NCBI GenBank assembly: GCA_043741435.1
Contig: JAYUBF010000264.1
Location: 381 to 64,380 of the forward strand
Direction of reading: 5' to 3'
DNA from: Myxococcales bacterium
GTDB lineage: Bacteria > Myxococcota_A > Polyangia > Palsa-1104
DNA length: 64,000 nucleotides
Positions 60,034-64,000 of the stretch are shown here, piece by piece. The notes under the pieces were generated by a model. That model was not told where the DNA came from. It made no database searches and was given only the letters and a program-made list of their open reading frames with translations. Every line of letters starts with the position of its first letter. Within the stretch, counting starts at the first letter, position 1. A program made the translations under genes and the position numbers.

Positions 60034-62282
60034 TCCGCCGTGATCTGTACCATCTTGTCGCCCGATCCGGAGAGGGTGCCATGCCCGAGGCCGCCCTTGT
60101 CGACGGTGAGGTCGCTACCGTCCACCTTCCAGCTCTTGCCCGGATCGAGGTCGGTCACGTACACGTCGGCGCCATCGCTCTTCACGGACACCGCGACGGT
60201 GAAGCTGGCGTTGCGCACGCGCGCGCCTTGCGTGGCCGAGAACAGCGCGATGGCGTCCTTCTGGCCGGTGCGAGTCACGAGCGTTCCCTGTATGCCGTTG
60301 TCCGTGGAGGCGAGGCGAGCGGGCTTGGTGCCGAGCACTGCGTCGGCGACCTGCACGACGTTGAGGAACGTGTCCCAGGCCTGCGTGCTCTTCGGGGAGA
60401 GGCTCACGTAGAAGTGGCGCTCGGAATCCGGCGGGAACATCGACGGCCAGCTGAGCGACTTTTCGTCGACGATGGTGGCGTTTCGGTCGGTCGGGAACAG
60501 CGACGTGAGCTCGACCTGCTGGTTGCCGACGCTCCACGTGGTGCTGTCGCCCGTGATGGTGGGTTTGACGAGCGCGTGGATGATCCACTGCTTCAACGCC
60601 GGCGCGGCCATGACGCGCTCCATGTCGTCGGCTTGATAGCGATCGAGCTTGTTCGGTGCGGTCGCGCCCACCCGATCGAACACGACGACCGTGTCGACCG
60701 CGTGCGTCGTGCTCGGCAGATAGAGGAACGACCGCGTCCACTCGCTGACGAACGGATCGGGCGGCATGTAGTAGGTGGATGCGTAACGGCTGCCATCGGC
60801 GCTGCCGGCGACGTAGAAGTAGCTCCCGTCGGTGGCGGACGACTGCCCCACGACCTTGCGGTTCACCATCGCGTCGAGCCCGCCCAGCACCATGCTGCTC
60901 ACCGCGACAGGCTCGATGGAGCCACCCCCGTAGCCAATGGGGCGCGTCACCACGAAGGCGCCCTTGCGATAGAGCTGGAAGTCGCCGAACTGGTTGTTCT
61001 CGTGATCCGTGTCCATGGGTGGGCGCCGCAGATGCGCGAAGAACTGGCTGTCGCCCGTCTGCCAGCCGTCGTGCGCGAACAAGATGCCTTGGCCGGAGGC
61101 GAACTGCGACAGCGGCATCGTCTTGCGCCAATCCGCTGTCGGGCCGAGGGGATTGAAGTAGTACCAAAACCGCGCGCGATACGGCAGGTCGGTCTTGTGC
61201 TGCTCCTTGAGGTCGATGGTGAACTGCGTCGCGAGCGGCAGCATCTCCGACTTCGAGCTGAGCAGACCGGTGAACATGCCCAGCGTCTGGTACCGCCTCC
61301 ACGCCTCGAGGTCGCGCGGCTGCTCCACGTCGCCCCACTTCACGGCGTTGTCGAGGTCGGGCGTGATCTGCGAGATCTGCGAACGCACCACTTGCTCGGC
61401 GAACGGCCAGAACTCCGGGAAGTGGTCCTCGCCCGTCGCTGTGTACATTGCCTCGACGCCTTCGCCCACGAGCTGCAGTGTCTCCACGTCGTAGTACGCG
61501 CTCTCCATCCACTGTCCACCGACGGAGTAGTCCGTGATGTACTTCTGCACGGCGTTGCGCATGTTGTTGAGGTCCGTGCCCGTCGCATCGAGCCCGCCGA
61601 AGATGGGGTTCGACAAGATGGCGTCCGACTTCGGATTCCCCTTCGTCGCGATCGCCAGCAGTATGCTGCCGAAGTAGTTCCCCGTCGTCTGATCCGTATC
61701 GGTGAGCCGCACCGGCATGTTGGAGGGCATCTTCGCCAGCATCTGATCGACCCAGCTGAAGAGGATGTCCTCGGTCGCCTTGCGTTGCTCTTCGGTCAGC
61801 GCCCCTTGGATCCAGTCGTAGATGATGTCGAAGTCGATCTGCAGCTCGCGCGTGTAGTTGCCGTCGGGCTGCTTGTGCGCCTCGAGCTGCATCATCATCT
61901 GCGTGTACGCCTTCTGCGCGTACTTCACGTCGCCTGTGACCTGGTACGCCAGCGCAGCGAAGTCGCCATTGTCGCCGTACCGTGCATTCGGCGTGGCCGT
62001 ACGATCCGCAAGCGCGATCAGCTCCTGCCACTGCGGATGATTCATCGCCCGCAGCTTCTCGAGGAAGTTCTGGCGTCGACAGCTCCACAGCAATTTGGGC
62101 GCGCGCGGCGTCTTGAGCGGCAACGCGTCGCAAGGCTCCGACCCCGGCGGAAGCACCACGGAGCCATCGTTACTGGAGGACCCTCCGTCGGACACTCCAT
62201 CGCTCCCACAGCCGACCAGTGCAACTCCGACCTGCGCCACGAAAGCCACGAGCAGGGCGCGGCCAATGCCAAATATATTCAT
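60030..62282 (-). CDS. Heparinase II/III-like (polysaccharide-lyase fold) lipoprotein
   Basis: Lipobox LVGC; helical N-domain (ALAYQVTGD.KYA, GGQWMESAYY, WGD) and beta-rich C-domain (DHEN..GDFQLYRKG, VVVFDRV). Confidence 0.65.
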   Translation of the reverse strand: MNIFGIGRALLVAFVAQVGVALVGCGSDGVSDGGSSSNDGSVVLPPGSEPCDALPLKTPRAPKLLWSCRRQNFLEKLRAMNHPQWQELIALADRTATPNARYGDNGDFAALAYQVTGDVKYAQKAYTQMMMQLEAHKQPDGNYTRELQIDFDIIYDWIQGALTEEQRKATEDILFSWVDQMLAKMPSNMPVRLTDTDQTTGNYFGSILLAIATKGNPKSDAILSNPIFGGLDATGTDLNNMRNAVQKYITDYSVGGQWMESAYYDVETLQLVGEGVEAMYTATGEDHFPEFWPFAEQVVRSQISQITPDLDNAVKWGDVEQPRDLEAWRRYQTLGMFTGLLSSKSEMLPLATQFTIDLKEQHKTDLPYRARFWYYFNPLGPTADWRKTMPLSQFASGQGILFAHDGWQTGDSQFFAHLRRPPMDTDHENNQFGDFQLYRKGAFVVTRPIGYGGGSIEPVAVSSMVLGGLDAMVNRKVVGQSSATDGSYFYVAGSADGSRYASTYYMPPDPFVSEWTRSFLYLPSTTHAVDTVVVFDRVGATAPNKLDRYQADDMERVMAAPALKQWIIHALVKPTITGDSTTWSVGNQQVELTSLFPTDRNATIVDEKSLSWPSMFPPDSERHFYVSLSPKSTQAWDTFLNVVQVADAVLGTKPARLASTDNGIQGTLVTRTGQKDAIALFSATQGARVRNASFTVAVSVKSDGADVYVTDLDPGKSWKVDGSDLTVDKGGLGHGTLSGSGDKMVQITAE

Positions 62283-62395
62283 GAGCCCGCATCTTACCCC
62301 GCTCTGCTGGGGGTCCGCTGGTTCCACGCGCTCGGTCGCTGGTGTCAGTTGTCCTCATCAGGATACGGAATGATTGGTCATTTGGCGATTTCTGT

Positions 62396-62411
62396 TGGCG
62401 CGCCGCTTGCT
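62396..62411 (+). promoter_or_regulatory. Putative sigma54 promoter
   Basis: TGGCGCGCCGCTTGCT; the C is 14 nt before ATG 62424. Confidence 0.6.
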
Positions 62412-62423
62412 CCTATTCGCCGC

Positions 62424-63194
62424 ATGCGCACCCACTTGTCGATCGTCCTCATCACGTTGCTCAGCTCGTCAGTCGCCCTCGCGGACGAACCGAAGCCTTC
62501 GATCGACCTGCATGATGCCTTGCATCAGCTGAGTGCGAAGAGCGGCAACAGGGCGCGACGCTTTGGTGAGCAACTGTCACGAGAAGTCGCGACGACCAGC
62601 CCACAGAATCCCGCGGAAGCCGGGGAGCACGGTCCGACCGTGACACGCGAGATCGACGCGGTCGCGAACCTGTTCGCCAACCAGTTGCGCGCGCAGATCC
62701 GGAGGCAGGGCAACCAACTTGGGATCATGGACCAAGCCGGGACGTTCGGCGCCTACGCGGTGAAGACCTCCCAGACGGGCACTACCTTGCGCTTCGCCGT
62801 CACCGGGCCGGATGGCGTCCAGGCCCAGTTCTCGGTCGCACCAAATGGCTTCGTGCAACCGCACCGCTACGCCAAGCAACTCGAAAAAAGGGTAGACGGG
62901 CAACGCGTGACGCTGCTAATCGACGAACTTGGGGGCATGAACATGATGCGGGAAGTCGCGTCGAAGAGGAGCAGGTCCGTTCGTGTCGTGGAACGCAACT
63001 TCCAGCGCGGCAACCTGACCTTCTCCAGCGTCGAGTACCAGCCGGGCACAATCGGCCAGGAACACCAGAAACCCACCTACGGGTGGAGCAAGTCAAACGG
63101 CCGCGCACCCCTCGCCCGTGTAGGCAACGAGCTAAAGCCCGGCCAGATGCCCGGCGTGACCAAGCTCGGCATCCGCGGTCGCGCCGGCCGCTAG
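62424..63194 (+). CDS. Hypothetical secreted protein
   Basis: Signal peptide MRTHLSIVLITLLSSSVALA; the genuine 3' part of ORF 59853..63194. Confidence 0.7.
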   Translation: MRTHLSIVLITLLSSSVALADEPKPSIDLHDALHQLSAKSGNRARRFGEQLSREVATTSPQNPAEAGEHGPTVTREIDAVANLFANQLRAQIRRQGNQLGIMDQAGTFGAYAVKTSQTGTTLRFAVTGPDGVQAQFSVAPNGFVQPHRYAKQLEKRVDGQRVTLLIDELGGMNMMREVASKRSRSVRVVERNFQRGNLTFSSVEYQPGTIGQEHQKPTYGWSKSNGRAPLARVGNELKPGQMPGVTKLGIRGRAGR

Positions 63195-63201
63195 GCTACA
63201 T

Positions 63202-63837
63202 TCAGTGCCCCTTCCAGTAGCGGATCTTACCTACGTCCGCGTGCACGAACTGCGAGACGGGGTAGTAGCCCACGCCGCCCAGCTTCTGCTTGCGCACGAA
63301 GGCGAGCAGCTTCGGCGTCGGGATCGTCGGCAAGCGGAAGTCGACGGCGTCGCCCTTCGGGTGCGCCGAGTCGCGCGCCACCTCGTGACCCTTCTTGCGT
63401 AACATCAGTTGATACTTCGGTGCGCGAAAGCCACTCACGAGCTGCACCAGCGGCACCTTGAAGCTCGTCGCGGCTTGCCGGACGATGCGCAACAACGGCG
63501 GTGCCATCTTGGTGGCGACCTGCGTGTAGTGGCAGCGCACGAGCTGCGAGAAGGCGAGCTGTGCGTCGCGGTCGGACACCGACGAGGCCAGCGGCAGGAT
63601 CTCATCGGTCCACATGTTCTGGAGGGTCAGCGGATGCTCGGGCAGCCGCGTGGGCGTAGTGCTCTCGTGCACGTCGGTGCGCGCGGCCTTGTCGGCGAGC
63701 CAACGTGCCTTCTTGTCCATCTGCTCATCGCTGGCGTCGAGCACCATCGCAGCACGGTCCGCGAGCTCGGCCAGCGCGGGACGTGGCAGCAAGGCGAGTT
63801 GCAGCAACGCGAGCAGCAGCAATCCGAGCCGCTTCAC
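63202..63837 (-). CDS. YcbK/DUF882 peptidase M15 family protein
   Basis: VSGFRAP, SAH.KGDAVDF, GGVGYYP..FVHADVG..RYW. Confidence 0.9.
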   Translation of the reverse strand: MKRLGLLLLALLQLALLPRPALAELADRAAMVLDASDEQMDKKARWLADKAARTDVHESTTPTRLPEHPLTLQNMWTDEILPLASSVSDRDAQLAFSQLVRCHYTQVATKMAPPLLRIVRQAATSFKVPLVQLVSGFRAPKYQLMLRKKGHEVARDSAHPKGDAVDFRLPTIPTPKLLAFVRKQKLGGVGYYPVSQFVHADVGKIRYWKGH

Positions 63838-64000
63838 CGAGCGCGCCCCGAGCGATGCAGCTGCGTGAGCGGCTCGTTCATGGAGCCGGAGCGAAACCCT
63901 TCGAGATCGAGGGTGACGTAGGAAAAGCCGCAGCGCTTGCCGAGCGCGACGATGCTCTCGCGCTGCGCGAGCGCGAGAGGCAGGCTCGGGGTGTCGAGCT
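63834..64000 (-). CDS. larE: LarE-family sulfur transferase, C-terminal part
   Basis: Manual translation ...GFSYVTLDLEGFRSGSMNE...; stop overlaps the start of the next gene. Confidence 0.8.
   Translation of the reverse strand, partial: LDTPSLPLALAQRESIVALGKRCGFSYVTLDLEGFRSGSMNEPLTQLHRSGRAR

Noticed and set aside
59853-62423. 5' part of the 1113-aa plus-strand ORF
   Set aside because: Antisense shadow of the lyase-like gene; only 62424-63194 looks real.

Overview
This is a high-GC chromosomal window, most consistent with a Myxococcota bacterium (MYXO-CTERM-type tail, Cys-rich lipoproteins, CdbA-like RHH protein). Core genes (holA, rpsT, mazG, phoH, ybeY, lepA, lepB, partial larE) alternate with accessory blocks. 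The main systems are: (1) a type I Wadjet (jetABCD) anti-plasmid locus between holA and rpsT, whose jetC has one in-frame TAG; (2) an ECF sigma/NrsF-type anti-sigma pair with back-to-back promoter-like motifs facing a broken msrA; (3) a Family 2A encapsulin operon (shell plus cargo cysteine desulfurase) coupled to an unusual rhodanese-XRE HTH-cupin fusion regulator, which is my best candidate for something undescribed; (4) a sigma54 response regulator/kinase module, with several sigma54-type motifs placed almost directly before start codons. The window also holds more than a dozen gene relics and many apparently leaderless genes. I saw no CRISPR array, rRNA, intact tRNA or transposase. All family assignments come from motif recognition by eye; no searches were run.
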